From positions 64,001-128,000 of IMG/VR virus record IMGVR_UViG_3300031555_001519: 64,000 nucleotides of DNA, one strand, 5' to 3'. The position numbers were made by a program, and so were the translations under genes. Within the stretch, counting starts at the first letter, position 1. Every line of letters begins with the position of its first letter. This document shows, piece after piece, positions 39,724 through 49,967 of the stretch. The notes beneath the pieces are model-generated. The model was not told where the DNA came from. It did not search any database and was given only the letters and a program-made list of their open reading frames with translations. Source of the stretch: a virus. Taxonomy: Duplodnaviria; Caudoviricetes.

Positions 39724-41373
39724 TTACTTAGAAAATAATGAACCATAACGATTCTGCTTCTTTGTCTTGATAGGTAATTTAGTCATACCTACAGACTTCT
39801 TCTCTGAATTCGCAGAGAAATTTAGACCGCCTTTCTTAGCATAATCTAAAATAATAGCGTCTAATTTGTTCTTTAATTCATCCACAGAAAATTCTGCATG
39901 ATTTTCTTTAAGTGTCTTGAATTCTTCCTTATCAGCGATAGAAGAGTAGTCTTCAGATACAAATAAAGCATCCTTCTGAGCAGTTTCTTCTTTTGCCTGA
40001 TATTCTTTTAATTGAGATTCAATAGCTGAATAATTCGCTCTCATGGAACACAATTCGGCATATTCAGAATCGGTTAAAAGCTCTCTGTGTAGATTATATC
40101 TGTCGCCATCAAAATTTACATTATCGCCATCTTTTGTATACGCCTGACCATAGATTTTATCTCCACTCCAGTTTTCATATACAAAGTATGTGTCATATAC
40201 CGCACAGATATAATACCATTCATTATCTGCATCTTCGTAAACAGACAGAAGATTATAAAGCCCCCAACGAATATCATCATGAGAAATCTCATAAGTTCTT
40301 ACAAGATTTTCTTTCTGTTCAAACTGTTCAGTACCAGTTCCATCTTCTGGTTCAGGGTTACCCTCACCACCTTCCGGTTCAGAAGATTCTCCTTCGTCAC
40401 CAGAATCATCATTTCCTTCATCACCTTCAGAAGCAGGTTCTGGGTCAGTACCTTCTCCATCGGCATCATCTTCTCCAAAAACTTCAGCAAATTTTGCTTC
40501 AAGTTCTTCATCAGAAAGATTCTCGTAATCAAACGTAATATCTTCTACAGTTTTACCGTATTGATTTAAAAGTTCTTCAAATTTTGTCACCGCATTTCCT
40601 CCTTCCTCTAGTTTTAAATTTATTTTTGAAAAGCCGGAGAGAGTAGTATTTAACTTCTCTAGCACTTCAATCAATTTATTATCTTGTGAAAACATACTAT
40701 TATTTTTCTCACTAAAATCTGCAAGTTTTATATTTGAACCAGTCATACCTGGTTTTACTGTTTCGCCTTCTGAGTTCTTTCCCAAGATTGTAACTCCTGA
40801 GAAGAAGAAGTCCTCAATATCAAGATATTTATTTTTAGCGTCATAGGACAATTCTCTGATTGATAATTCAACACTTACAAAACATTCTCCTTCACGTTCT
40901 AAGATTTCTTTCGCTTTGGAATACTCTTCAAAAATAAACCCCTTAACTTCAACATAAGTTTTTTCTTTTTCTTCGTCATATACAAGCTTTGCTTCACAGC
41001 TCTCAGGGATAATACCAATTGGGATTTCGTCATATACAAGCGTATCATCTTCCATATGCATGTTATGCCCATAAAACTCATACTGACCGTTGACCTCATG
41101 GATGTAACCCAAAATAGGGCGATTAGAGAAAGAAGGTAGAGCAGCGGTCATTACATCTTCTTTTATGTTGCTCCCATTAATATTTTCATCAATATGACAA
41201 GCTTGCAAATAAACCGGACATAAGCCTTCGGTGTCTTTGTCAGATTTTGCAAACTTAATTTTACCTTCCACTTGCACTACTAAATTATCATTATTATTAG
41301 CAGAACTAAAATGACACGATTTCTTAGTAGAGGAGTAATAATTATATAAATCTGTTAATGTTAGTAACTTCAT
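39724..41373 (-). CDS. Prohead protease/scaffold (YonD-like)
   Basis: CH...N.NGS..PILG..SVEL..G.TILG protease-like N-terminus, acidic linker, coiled-coil C-terminus. Confidence 0.75.
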   Translation of the reverse strand: MKLLTLTDLYNYYSSTKKSCHFSSANNNDNLVVQVEGKIKFAKSDKDTEGLCPVYLQACHIDENINGSNIKEDVMTAALPSFSNRPILGYIHEVNGQYEFYGHNMHMEDDTLVYDEIPIGIIPESCEAKLVYDEEKEKTYVEVKGFIFEEYSKAKEILEREGECFVSVELSIRELSYDAKNKYLDIEDFFFSGVTILGKNSEGETVKPGMTGSNIKLADFSEKNNSMFSQDNKLIEVLEKLNTTLSGFSKINLKLEEGGNAVTKFEELLNQYGKTVEDITFDYENLSDEELEAKFAEVFGEDDADGEGTDPEPASEGDEGNDDSGDEGESSEPEGGEGNPEPEDGTGTEQFEQKENLVRTYEISHDDIRWGLYNLLSVYEDADNEWYYICAVYDTYFVYENWSGDKIYGQAYTKDGDNVNFDGDRYNLHRELLTDSEYAELCSMRANYSAIESQLKEYQAKEETAQKDALFVSEDYSSIADKEEFKTLKENHAEFSVDELKNKLDAIILDYAKKGGLNFSANSEKKSVGMTKLPIKTKKQNRYGSLFSK

Positions 41374-41438
41374 CTGTTCCTCCTTTCTTTATATTTTGTA
41401 TAATAAGAAAATGAACTACTAAATAATCGACTCTAATC

Positions 41439-41633
41439 TTATAAGCAGAGTAGATTAGTATAAACAGCATCATATTTCTCTACATCAAATGTTAATTTTT
41501 TACCATCGTTGATAAAGCAAAATTTACCATTATCTTGCTGTGTAAGTTCAGTAAAACCAGCGTAACGGAGTTTGTCTGCCGTTTCACTATCTGTTGTGAT
41601 GATAAAATTCATATTTGGTTTTCTATAATCCAT
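41439..41633 (-). CDS. Hypothetical protein
   Basis: FIITTD.ETA..L...GF; RBS. Confidence 0.55.
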   Translation of the reverse strand: MDYRKPNMNFIITTDSETADKLRYAGFTELTQQDNGKFCFINDGKKLTFDVEKYDAVYTNLLCL

Positions 41634-41647
41634 ATCCTCGTTTCTCC

Positions 41648-43204
41648 TTATCCATTAGTCTGGTCTTTCTTGTCACGACTTGCTTCTCCATCATCTGTTA
41701 ATTCGTCTGAATCTTTTGTGGGAGCACCGTTAGTATCAGATTCCCCATTTTGTGTATGAGAACTTTTCAGAGGAATTAAAGTTTGATCCAAGCCAAGACA
41801 GTTAATTTCTAAGAAATTTAAAGCTAATGTATCCATTTCAGAAAATTGATTTAAAGTATTATATGCTAAACGTGTAGGTAAGCCGTACTGACCAGCCTCA
41901 AGCATAGCTTTTTTAAAAGCGTCCTTTGTATATGCACTTATTTCAAAGAATTTTACTTTAGCTGGATTGCTTACATAATAGGTTAGAAATCTATTAACCC
42001 ATCCTTTAACCTGTGGCAAAATCATAGAAATAGCTAATTCTGTATCAGCCTGAATTGCAGCGGTAAAGGCTGTGGTTCCTGAAATAGTAGAAGAATTTAA
42101 AATTTGTGCTCCACCAGAGCTATTAAATAAAGTTTCTGTAGCATTAGAAATCTTGTTTGTGTCATTCGCAGCATTTGTGTCAAATGATATTTGATTCAAT
42201 TTGCCAGGAACAATTGCAGCAGATATATAAGATGGAAGAGCCTCATTAATCATTCTATTAAAATATTCAATCATAATAGAAGGGTCAACTTTCCACTCAT
42301 CTGGTGTTTCTGCATTTGTCATGGTTTCCATTTCTAACCAAATCATTTTATAAATTTCCTGTTCGTCAGCAATAGCTTGAATATCTTCTAAATCAATTAA
42401 ATTTATTATACTATTTAAAAGACCTGAAAAAATGGGCAATACAGTTTCCCAATCTTCTGGTCTTGATTTTAAACAAACACAATATTCATCTGGAATAGGT
42501 TGATATTTAATATTACTAGATTCATAAGCTCTATACATACTTTGGAATGGTTCGCCATACGCTTCTAACTCAAATTGTCTTGAACGGAAATAAGTCATAT
42601 CCATACTTGCTGAAAAATCCCCAGTAGCATAAACGCCTGAAATCTTACAATAATCTGGGTCTAAAGGCAAAATAAACATGCCTTCTCCTTCTGTATAATA
42701 AGCACATCCATAGAAAACATCTTCTCTAAATGCAATAGCAAAAGCTTTTAAAAATTCATATTGTAAATTTAATTCATCTAAAATGGTCAAAGTATCCTGA
42801 TATGATTTTAATGTTTTTTTAACATCTGGTACTTTTACCAAATCATATTGAGGTATTACAGACCTTGCATTTAAATCAAACATTGTAGCATTATACATAA
42901 TGAGTCTGTAATAAGCATGACATCTATAAAACAAATATCTGCTTAGATTTCTTAAATTTCGCTCATTTGCACCAATATTCTGCAAATAAGAACGTAATGA
43001 ATCCTTATTAAAAGCAGTGACAGTTTTTGTAGCAGTTCTAGTAACATCTCTTAAACTTTTTGCAGCCTGTTCGGCCACGGCAAAATTCTCAATATGTTTT
43101 TTGTTTTTTTCATACCATTCACGCATCTCATTAGCAGTAGGCTGTTTCTTTTCAATAGAAGGTGCAGTAGTGGACACCTCAGTTTTTTTCATTCTTTGTG
43201 CCAT
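41648..43204 (-). CDS. Portal protein
   Basis: 518 aa after terminase; LR.LS.YL....Y.RLI.Y pattern and C-terminal GAP motif. Confidence 0.8.
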   Translation of the reverse strand: MAQRMKKTEVSTTAPSIEKKQPTANEMREWYEKNKKHIENFAVAEQAAKSLRDVTRTATKTVTAFNKDSLRSYLQNIGANERNLRNLSRYLFYRCHAYYRLIMYNATMFDLNARSVIPQYDLVKVPDVKKTLKSYQDTLTILDELNLQYEFLKAFAIAFREDVFYGCAYYTEGEGMFILPLDPDYCKISGVYATGDFSASMDMTYFRSRQFELEAYGEPFQSMYRAYESSNIKYQPIPDEYCVCLKSRPEDWETVLPIFSGLLNSIINLIDLEDIQAIADEQEIYKMIWLEMETMTNAETPDEWKVDPSIMIEYFNRMINEALPSYISAAIVPGKLNQISFDTNAANDTNKISNATETLFNSSGGAQILNSSTISGTTAFTAAIQADTELAISMILPQVKGWVNRFLTYYVSNPAKVKFFEISAYTKDAFKKAMLEAGQYGLPTRLAYNTLNQFSEMDTLALNFLEINCLGLDQTLIPLKSSHTQNGESDTNGAPTKDSDELTDDGEASRDKKDQTNG

Positions 43205-43291
43205 TCGACACCTCCTTATTATTTTATATCAAATGACCCACCGTGGTACGCATTATTAAGAGGCGTGGTGGGTTCTGTTTAAATTATTATT

Positions 43292-45349
43292 TTATTCGCC
43301 AAAAGAAGAAGGTCTTTTAGCTCCTCGGATAGTAAGAGAGGAGACTAGTGATTTTGCATCTGCTTTGGGTCGTTTTTTCTGCGTAATATTTTTACGTCTT
43401 TCTTGTTGTAATGCGTAAGAGCACATACAGCAAGTATAAGCTCTATCATCATGAAGTTTATTAATCTTTTCAGGTGTTAATTCAAAAGAGTCTTTTCCGG
43501 AATCTCTTTTCTTTCTTACCATGTTTACCAGTTCTTCTTTAAGAGCATCAATATTAGATAAAGCAATCTCATCTTGCCAATCCAATTTAATAACCTTTGT
43601 ATTTACAGATTGAACTTCATTAAGTTTTTCTTGCAATTTCTCCTCGAACTCTTTTTGATTTAACTTTTCTTTTTTGAGCTTTTCGGTAATCTCTTTTTTA
43701 GCTTTTTCAAGCTTTGATTCATCAACATCGAAAATAGTTAAGTATCCTTTATTATCATAAGGCGCAGTAAAACTAATTTTATCCTGATTCATAAGTTCAA
43801 TCATTGCTTCATACATTTCAGATTTATATTGGCTTGGAGACATAAGATGTACTTTGTCCACAGCATTAGGGAATTTCTTCACATATTCCTCTGAATAAAC
43901 CTTATCAATAAGGCCTCTATGAACAATGCCGGTTTTATCAGTCCAATCAGGCATTAAATAATCGGCAATATTTACACCGCCTCCACCAGAACCAGCGTCA
44001 ATATAAATTCCAAGTATATTACCATATGCGTCCGCACCAGCATTATAATCAAGAATTACTTTTTTTAAGTATTCAATCTGATCAGGTGTCTGCATAGGGG
44101 ATTTTATCTTTTTTCCAACATCAATAAGATTAATACAATTAACTATTCTCATACGTTTATCAATAGTGCCATCAAGCAACTCAACGTCATATACTTCGCC
44201 AACCAAAATCACAGAGTTATCTCTTGAACGTGCAGGGTCATATGCAATAACAAATTTCTTATTACCGGTATCATTATATAAAAGAGGTTTTCTGACTTCC
44301 TCATTTCTGGTAATAACACCACGTTTGACAATTGCATTTGTACCGGCATCAGTAGTAAACTGACAATAATATTCTCGTCTAGCTTTTTCCGGATTTGTTC
44401 TCATGTCTGAGTCAATAACCGATTTTTCAAAAAGAGGAGCCATTTTTTCTCCATGTATAGTGGGATGTAACGGTACTTCACAGGTAATATGTGCGACAAA
44501 GTAATTTTTATCGCCTACAAGCATTCTCTTAGAAAAATCTCTATAAAGTTCATAAAATTTTGTGCTAGTATCACTAGCAGAACTTATATAAAATAATTGG
44601 TTAGGAATTTCTTTTGGGATGGTTCTTAATCTAATCTCATCAATTCTGTTACCATCCCTATCCTTACCAGACTTAAAGCTTTTATTGACAATAGCAAAAG
44701 CCGCATATACAGACATCATTTCGTCTGATAAGAAACCACATTCATCAAATATTACATTTCCACGCATACCTCTTTTTTTATCAACATTAGAGTTTAGCGT
44801 TTGTGTCATAGAACCATTGTAGCAACTGTATGTAAAACCGTTGCTGCCATGAGAAAAACCATCACCGGCTGCATTCTTTATTTCAACTTCTGCTTTAAAA
44901 ATATATCCAGTAGAACCAAGCATTGTATCAATATTATCATTTGCAAGTCTTTCAAGCGTAGTAAATGTTTGTTCTGCCTGTGAACCTGAACCAGATGCTA
45001 TATAAGTCCAATAGTTGTTAAACAACATATCTTTAGCCATAATAATTAAGTCGATTAATGTAGATTTACCAAATCCACGGGAGCAAACCAATAATACATT
45101 AGGGCAAGTCCAAGATTGTTGCACAATCCAAGCCTGTGCATCCAGTAGTTCTATGCCGAAAAAATCATTAATAAATCTAACAGGGTTACATTGATAATAT
45201 TTTTGCAAATTCGCTATTTTTATTAATCCTTCAATTTTCCGTTGTGATAGCGCAAATGTACCCGGTTTTACATATATAATATTTTTTTGTACGCAACCTT
45301 CAAAATATTCTAATACATCTAAAGAATCATATTCATCCTTAAACCTCAT
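43292..45349 (-). CDS. terL: Terminase large subunit
   Basis: Walker A SRGFGKS, Walker B IFDECG, ISSA coupling motif, and nuclease motifs YDPAR..D, IDA and HDDRAY. Confidence 0.92.
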   Translation of the reverse strand: MRFKDEYDSLDVLEYFEGCVQKNIIYVKPGTFALSQRKIEGLIKIANLQKYYQCNPVRFINDFFGIELLDAQAWIVQQSWTCPNVLLVCSRGFGKSTLIDLIIMAKDMLFNNYWTYIASGSGSQAEQTFTTLERLANDNIDTMLGSTGYIFKAEVEIKNAAGDGFSHGSNGFTYSCYNGSMTQTLNSNVDKKRGMRGNVIFDECGFLSDEMMSVYAAFAIVNKSFKSGKDRDGNRIDEIRLRTIPKEIPNQLFYISSASDTSTKFYELYRDFSKRMLVGDKNYFVAHITCEVPLHPTIHGEKMAPLFEKSVIDSDMRTNPEKARREYYCQFTTDAGTNAIVKRGVITRNEEVRKPLLYNDTGNKKFVIAYDPARSRDNSVILVGEVYDVELLDGTIDKRMRIVNCINLIDVGKKIKSPMQTPDQIEYLKKVILDYNAGADAYGNILGIYIDAGSGGGGVNIADYLMPDWTDKTGIVHRGLIDKVYSEEYVKKFPNAVDKVHLMSPSQYKSEMYEAMIELMNQDKISFTAPYDNKGYLTIFDVDESKLEKAKKEITEKLKKEKLNQKEFEEKLQEKLNEVQSVNTKVIKLDWQDEIALSNIDALKEELVNMVRKKRDSGKDSFELTPEKINKLHDDRAYTCCMCSYALQQERRKNITQKKRPKADAKSLVSSLTIRGAKRPSSFGE

Positions 45350-46619
45350 CTTCATCACCATCGCTTTCACTAGACGATTCATCTGAGAAACAAGAATATA
45401 ATTCATTTAAATTCACTAAGTTTAATCCCAAATCAATTTCTTTTTCTTTTAAAGTGTCTTTAATATCTAAATTTTCACGCAGAAGAATTCTAGAAATTTC
45501 TATATATTTTTCTAACTGGTCTTGCAAATCAACAATCATTGTTCGCTGATCAGCAACAATATCAGACCATTCTGACTCATCTAAACGAAGCTGTTCCATA
45601 ATAGATTTGTTACTTAAATCCATTACTTGTTTCATGGCTTTACATGTTGCCATGTCAAATCCATTTACTTCACCCTCACGTAAATTTAATTCTTTTATTT
45701 TTTTTATTTTACCAGTCCAAGTGTTTTCACCCTTCTTGGCATTCTTATTATTCTTTAAAGATATACAACTTTCAGCAGCCAAATCTTTAATGACACTTGT
45801 TAATTGTTTTTTGCTATCTTGCAAAGATTTTATTGTTGCTGAATTTTGCTGTAATTGTTTTACATCAGACATTAAATTAACAATAGTATCATCAATCTTA
45901 GAAGACTGTAAAAAACCTCTTACTATAGAAATAGCAGAAGCATTTCTCATCATATCTTCATTGCCTTCACCACCAGCATCTAATAATCCTAATAATTGTC
46001 CATAAAGTAGTGGCTGGTCAGAAATAGCTTCTTGTTCAAATGGGTCATAACCCAGCAATCTTTTCACATCTTCTTTATTTTTTATGTAACTATCATAATC
46101 AGATGCATCAAAAATTTGTTCTGCACCCATTGCTTGTTTTTCATCATCGTAAACAACTTTTTCTTTAAACATGTCAGAGTCTTGCCATGTTAATCCAATG
46201 TAATTAACCATAGCAACGTTCTTGATGTAAGCACTCCATACATTATATTTTACTTTTCCTGCCACAAGATTTTCGGATTCTTGAATACTGGAATTCCATA
46301 AACTATTTAGAAAAGGTTTGTTTAAATATTTAAGTGCTAATTGCACACTTTCTTTGGTGGGTTCATGTTCCTCTCCATTCTTATCAACACGAAGAGCTAT
46401 TTTCTCCGCACAATCTTTACAAATGGGAGCTTTCCCAGATTTAATCATTGGATCTGTACTAACATGAAATTTATCTTTTTTCTTTGTTTTGTCACACATA
46501 TAACAGTGACAACTTTCTTCTTTTAAAACCCTATTTTCTTCCTCAAGAGTTTCAATTCTTTTTCTCATCTGAGCAGGAGTCATCTTCACTGGCTCAGTGG
46601 TTTTCTTAGCTGTTGCCAT
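45339..46619 (-). CDS. Zn-finger protein upstream of terL (YonG-like, possible terminase small subunit)
   Basis: CYMC..F..S..PICKDC; overlaps the terL start. Confidence 0.55.
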   Translation of the reverse strand: MATAKKTTEPVKMTPAQMRKRIETLEEENRVLKEESCHCYMCDKTKKKDKFHVSTDPMIKSGKAPICKDCAEKIALRVDKNGEEHEPTKESVQLALKYLNKPFLNSLWNSSIQESENLVAGKVKYNVWSAYIKNVAMVNYIGLTWQDSDMFKEKVVYDDEKQAMGAEQIFDASDYDSYIKNKEDVKRLLGYDPFEQEAISDQPLLYGQLLGLLDAGGEGNEDMMRNASAISIVRGFLQSSKIDDTIVNLMSDVKQLQQNSATIKSLQDSKKQLTSVIKDLAAESCISLKNNKNAKKGENTWTGKIKKIKELNLREGEVNGFDMATCKAMKQVMDLSNKSIMEQLRLDESEWSDIVADQRTMIVDLQDQLEKYIEISRILLRENLDIKDTLKEKEIDLGLNLVNLNELYSCFSDESSSESDGDEDEV

Positions 46620-46653
46620 TCGCAACTCCTCCTTTTTATCCATTTATTCATAA

Positions 46654-46726
46654 AGCCGATAGAGGGACTCGAACCCCCAACCTGCTGATTACAAATCAGC
46701 TGCTCTGCCAATTGAGCCATATCGGC
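46654..46726 (-). tRNA. tRNA-Thr(TGT)
   Basis: Cloverleaf GCCGATA..GCTGA TTTGTAA TCAGC..GGTTCGAGTCC. Confidence 0.95.
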
Positions 46727-46748
46727 ACAATAATAGGAGAGTAGTAAT

Positions 46749-47141
46749 CTACTCTCCCAATAAATATGAAACTTCATATATATTATTTTCATCACAACCA
46801 ATTTCTTTTAACACAGTAGAATTACAATCGTCTGCAATAAATAAACGGTCTGTTTCAGTATATAAATAACGCTCATATTCAAAATCATAAGCCTTGCAAC
46901 ACCAAATGTTTAAATCGTTATCTAAAGTAACATAATATTCTTCACCATAACCACCAATTTCCTCTGGCTCAATTACAATATCATATGGAAGAACATCATC
47001 AAACATAAGAAGCTCTTTAATAACACAGATAACATCTTCATAATATCCAACAAAAGTCGCATCAGTAAGTTTATCTTCTACAACACTGCTATATATAAGA
47101 CAAGCAATGTCGCCAAAACCATCAGTTATAATTCTTCTCAT
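46749..47141 (-). CDS. Acidic hypothetical protein
   Basis: ORF with AAGGAG RBS. Confidence 0.55.
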   Translation of the reverse strand: MRRIITDGFGDIACLIYSSVVEDKLTDATFVGYYEDVICVIKELLMFDDVLPYDIVIEPEEIGGYGEEYYVTLDNDLNIWCCKAYDFEYERYLYTETDRLFIADDCNSTVLKEIGCDENNIYEVSYLLGE

Positions 47142-47222
47142 TAATTTCTCCTTTTAAATCCTTAAATAGCTTATATTAAAATAGGAGAGTAGCGATAGTC
47201 ACTCTCTATATCATTTATAACT

Positions 47223-47621
47223 CTAAAAATTACAACCAATATAACTACTTACAATCGTAAGTGTTTCGGGACTGCTACAAGATACTCTTAAAGCAAATCC
47301 CCATTGTTCGTTCTGATTCATATTTTCCCATGAACGAAAGACTTTTACTGTTGAACCTAACACCTCAGTAGGCATACCACTACAACTTACAACAGAAGTT
47401 ATTGGTTGAGTAAAAGTAACAGTCCATACAGAATCTGGTGCATGACCAACATCAATGCTATAATGATGTGCGTCAAACTGAAACTCTCTAGAGTCATCAC
47501 TATTAACTATATTGTTAGTTTCACCATTTTTATCAATAATCCAACAATCAGAGCCACTTGCAGCATATACGCCTTCTGCAAATTCTTCATTTATTATTAC
47601 AATTGGTTTCTCATATTTCAT
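47223..47621 (-). CDS. Hypothetical protein with YEKP...EGVYAASG leader-like N-terminus
   Basis: ORF; N-terminal motif. Confidence 0.55.
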   Translation of the reverse strand: MKYEKPIVIINEEFAEGVYAASGSDCWIIDKNGETNNIVNSDDSREFQFDAHHYSIDVGHAPDSVWTVTFTQPITSVVSCSGMPTEVLGSTVKVFRSWENMNQNEQWGFALRVSCSSPETLTIVSSYIGCNF

Positions 47622-47635
47622 TTCTTTTAATTCCT

Positions 47636-48856
47636 TTAATTAAGTTCTACTGTATAATAAGCATCCACACCTTTATCCGAACATACACACACCATCTGAC
47701 TGGGCTTTCCACTTAATCTTTTTTCAATTGTATATGAATCTCCGGAACCTGCCAAAGACCCGCCACGAATCATCTTAATTCCATTGCATTCATCAACAGC
47801 ACAAGTATGCATATGACCAAAAGTAACTGCATATGGTACAAATCCAAGCATTAATACTAAATTAGCAACGCCATTTCTTGTAAAAGAATCATAGTCGCCG
47901 TGTACCGCAATATACGATTTTGAACGTATATTTAAATCTACAATGCCTGTATCTAAATTTCTGTGCAAAATAGTTATATTATCTATATGCTTTAAGGAAT
48001 TTTCAACAATCCAAGAAATCAAATCATCAAGTCTTTCATCGTGTAAAGCATCTTCTTTTTTATCAAGTCTTGAATGATTACCAGACACATTGGTTATTAA
48101 AACTTTATTGAAATACTTGCTTAATTCGTAGCAAAACGAAGCTATTAATTCAGAAGCAAGCTTTATTTGCTCAATTACGTTTTCTCTATTTGTAATGGCT
48201 AAAGCCTTGTGAATAGATCCGCTTATCAAATCCCCTTGAATTGAAATCCATATTTTTTCAGAATTATGTCTACGACCAATCTTAATCACTTCTAATAAAA
48301 GCTGATTTAATCTGTCTCTAGCAATATCTGAGTTATATTCACCCCAAGTAGAAGAGAAGCATTGACCAATATGTAAATCAGATAAAATAATAAGTAAATC
48401 TGTATCTCCGTTAACCTGAACGTTATCGTATTTAGAAAAGTCAACTTTTCCAAATTCAGAAAGTTTTTCTTCTAATAAATCTAATTTGGATTCTACTCTT
48501 GCATCAATATAATTCTGTTTCTGCCAAGCATTTCTTTCGTCACGGAATTGAATTTTTGCACGTTCTAATTCACGCTTCATCAGCATTAATTCATTTGAAT
48601 AATTATCATCTTTTTTATGATTATTTTTTTCGTTTTTCCAGTGGCAATATTCTCTAACAAAAGCTCCACCCAATAACGGTGGCTGCTGTGCTTTTCTTAA
48701 AGAATCTCCGTTCCATTCAATTCCATATTTAGAGGCAATCTCTGACCAATCTATATCTGATACTTTATGTACCTTGTCAGAGCAGTCCTTTAACAAATCT
48801 TCATACCTTTCCGGTGTAAGACCATACTCGGCAAGTGTATTTTCTATATCAAACAT
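47636..48856 (-). CDS. Metallophosphoesterase (YonJ-like)
   Basis: SDLHIG, GDLISG, GNHSR, HGD and GHMH motifs. Confidence 0.85.
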   Translation of the reverse strand: MFDIENTLAEYGLTPERYEDLLKDCSDKVHKVSDIDWSEIASKYGIEWNGDSLRKAQQPPLLGGAFVREYCHWKNEKNNHKKDDNYSNELMLMKRELERAKIQFRDERNAWQKQNYIDARVESKLDLLEEKLSEFGKVDFSKYDNVQVNGDTDLLIILSDLHIGQCFSSTWGEYNSDIARDRLNQLLLEVIKIGRRHNSEKIWISIQGDLISGSIHKALAITNRENVIEQIKLASELIASFCYELSKYFNKVLITNVSGNHSRLDKKEDALHDERLDDLISWIVENSLKHIDNITILHRNLDTGIVDLNIRSKSYIAVHGDYDSFTRNGVANLVLMLGFVPYAVTFGHMHTCAVDECNGIKMIRGGSLAGSGDSYTIEKRLSGKPSQMVCVCSDKGVDAYYTVELN

Positions 48857-48911
48857 TATCCTTTTATTCCTCCAATAAAATAGGAGAGTGTAGCACACTC
48901 TCCATAATCAT

Positions 48912-49145
48912 TTATTCATAAACTACATTACCGTTTTCATCAATGGTTGCTTCTTCATCGGGTTCTGCATCAATATCTTCTTCTGACTTAGAAGTAGTAG
49001 ATAAGTCAAATGCCATATCTCCATACACATTTGCTAAAATTTCTACCAAATTAATTACTTCTCCTGATTCATCTACAAAGTTGCCATCAAAAATTTTAAG
49101 CTGCTTAAGCTTACCTGTATATGTTGTTTGCTTCTTAAAACTCAT
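48912..49145 (-). CDS. Small acidic protein (YonK-like position)
   Basis: Synteny with the SPbeta-like late operon. Confidence 0.5.
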   Translation of the reverse strand: MSFKKQTTYTGKLKQLKIFDGNFVDESGEVINLVEILANVYGDMAFDLSTTSKSEEDIDAEPDEEATIDENGNVVYE

Positions 49146-49252
49146 TTTTTTCTCCTTATAATCCCTTAAAATTGTTTTGTTTTACGATTTTCTTGACATC
49201 AGCAAAATCGTATGTTAATATGATATGTGTGAAAATATATATAATTTTCGTT

Positions 49253-49864
49253 TTAAATAATTTCATCAATGCTACAATCTACACCGATAATACAATCAAC
49301 AATTCCATGTTCTTTTGCTTCTTTAGGAAGCATATACCATTCAACACGATATTTTGCATCATATAGGTCATTATCAATAGTAGTACGAGACATAATATAC
49401 TGCTTTGTCATTTGTTCAAGCTGGTTGGTTTCAAAATCCATTCTGTCCTTCATCTTAGCAGTTGAATCCCAACCGGCAGTAGATCCGTCATGCATGAGGA
49501 ATTCACTTCTCAACATAGAAAATCTCTTGTGTCCAGCTAAGAAAATTAAAAATCCCATACTTGCACATAATGCCTGATTAATTGTATACACAGGTGTAAT
49601 GGAAGATTGAATAACATCAATTAATCCATACCCATCGCAAACAGATCCACCTGGCGAATTAATATATAATAATATGGGTTTTCTTTCTTCCGGTTTCAAA
49701 CCTTTGTCGAGCCTATTATATCTTAGAATATGATAAACAATAGAATCAATAATAGTTTCATCAATTCCACAATTAATAAATAAACGTCTTTCCTCTAAAT
49801 CATTAACTTCAAATTTTTCTAAATAAGTGACACTACAAATATCTTTATATTCCCTTTTATCCAT
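49253..49864 (-). CDS. clpP: ClpP-family protease
   Basis: ILLYINSPGGSV, CASMG and FLMH motifs. Confidence 0.9.
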   Translation of the reverse strand: MDKREYKDICSVTYLEKFEVNDLEERRLFINCGIDETIIDSIVYHILRYNRLDKGLKPEERKPILLYINSPGGSVCDGYGLIDVIQSSITPVYTINQALCASMGFLIFLAGHKRFSMLRSEFLMHDGSTAGWDSTAKMKDRMDFETNQLEQMTKQYIMSRTTIDNDLYDAKYRVEWYMLPKEAKEHGIVDCIIGVDCSIDEII

Positions 49865-49967
49865 TTTGTGTTACCTCACTTTTTCTTAATATTTTTGTAT
49901 AACAAAAGACACCCACACGAATTCTCGCATGGATGCCTTTCAACCGTAATCAATACGGCTATCTCCG

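Noticed and set aside
46586-46801. 71-aa ORF
   Set aside because: Overlaps tRNA-Thr; translation artefact.
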